Shown here: in pieces, positions 63,874-64,000 of the stretch
How the letters are laid out: each line of letters opens with the position of its first letter
How positions within the stretch are numbered: position 1 is the first letter of the stretch
NCBI GenBank assembly: GCA_013239625.1
Contig: MU053379.1
Span: 1,656,866 to 1,720,865, forward strand
Direction: 5' to 3'
DNA from: Lama guanicoe
Lineage: Eukaryota
DNA: 64,000 bases
Translations under genes and position numbers: made by a program
The notes under the pieces: generated by a model
Databases searched by the model: none
Told to the model about the DNA's origin: nothing
The model's input: the letters and a program-made list of their open reading frames with translations, nothing else

Positions 63874-64000
63874 CCTGGTGTGCACACCTGTAACCAGAGC
63901 CCAGATCGAGGTCCAGAACCCCCTAGCATCCCGCAAGTCTCCCTGACTCCCTCCCCCCCAGTCAGCCATCCCCGCAGGCCACCACTGTTCTGACTTGTCT

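Noticed and set aside
63279..63969. Overlapping ORFs and an apparent CpG-island promoter at the right end
   Set aside because: Explained by a GC-converted MLT1 inside an L1 3' remnant; the ORFs result from stop-codon depletion.

Overview
This is mammalian genomic DNA, very probably camelid (camel/alpaca/llama), judged from five tRNA-derived SINEs of the Vic-1 type and camelid-style L1 3' ends. No known protein-coding gene can be recognised with confidence. Most ORFs in the track are chance ORFs or decayed LINE-1 ORF1/ORF2 fragments. The window is repeat-rich intronic/intergenic sequence with an AT-rich, L1-dominated core (~27.8-47.9 kb) between GC/CpG-rich flanks. It contains nested L1s, MLT1/MER21 LTRs, MER5 DNA transposons, MIR and L2. 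The main observations are: (1) sharply localised patches where ancient repeats appear rewritten A/T->G/C into pseudo-CpG islands, most clearly an MLT1 LTR at 63.5-63.9 kb that has an unconverted relative at 46.2-46.6 kb, consistent with GC-biased gene conversion hotspots; (2) a tailless internal L1 endonuclease fragment flanked by a perfect 20-bp target-site duplication (TSD); (3) a prematurely polyadenylated L1 insertion; (4) a pre-miRNA-sized hairpin with perfect 17-bp arms; (5) a chain of minus-strand exon-like segments at 0.2-5.6 kb near an RFX X-box/CRE promoter-like element, possibly a decayed or fast-evolving gene. Repeat family names come from recalled consensus motifs, not database searches, and most repeat boundaries are approximate.
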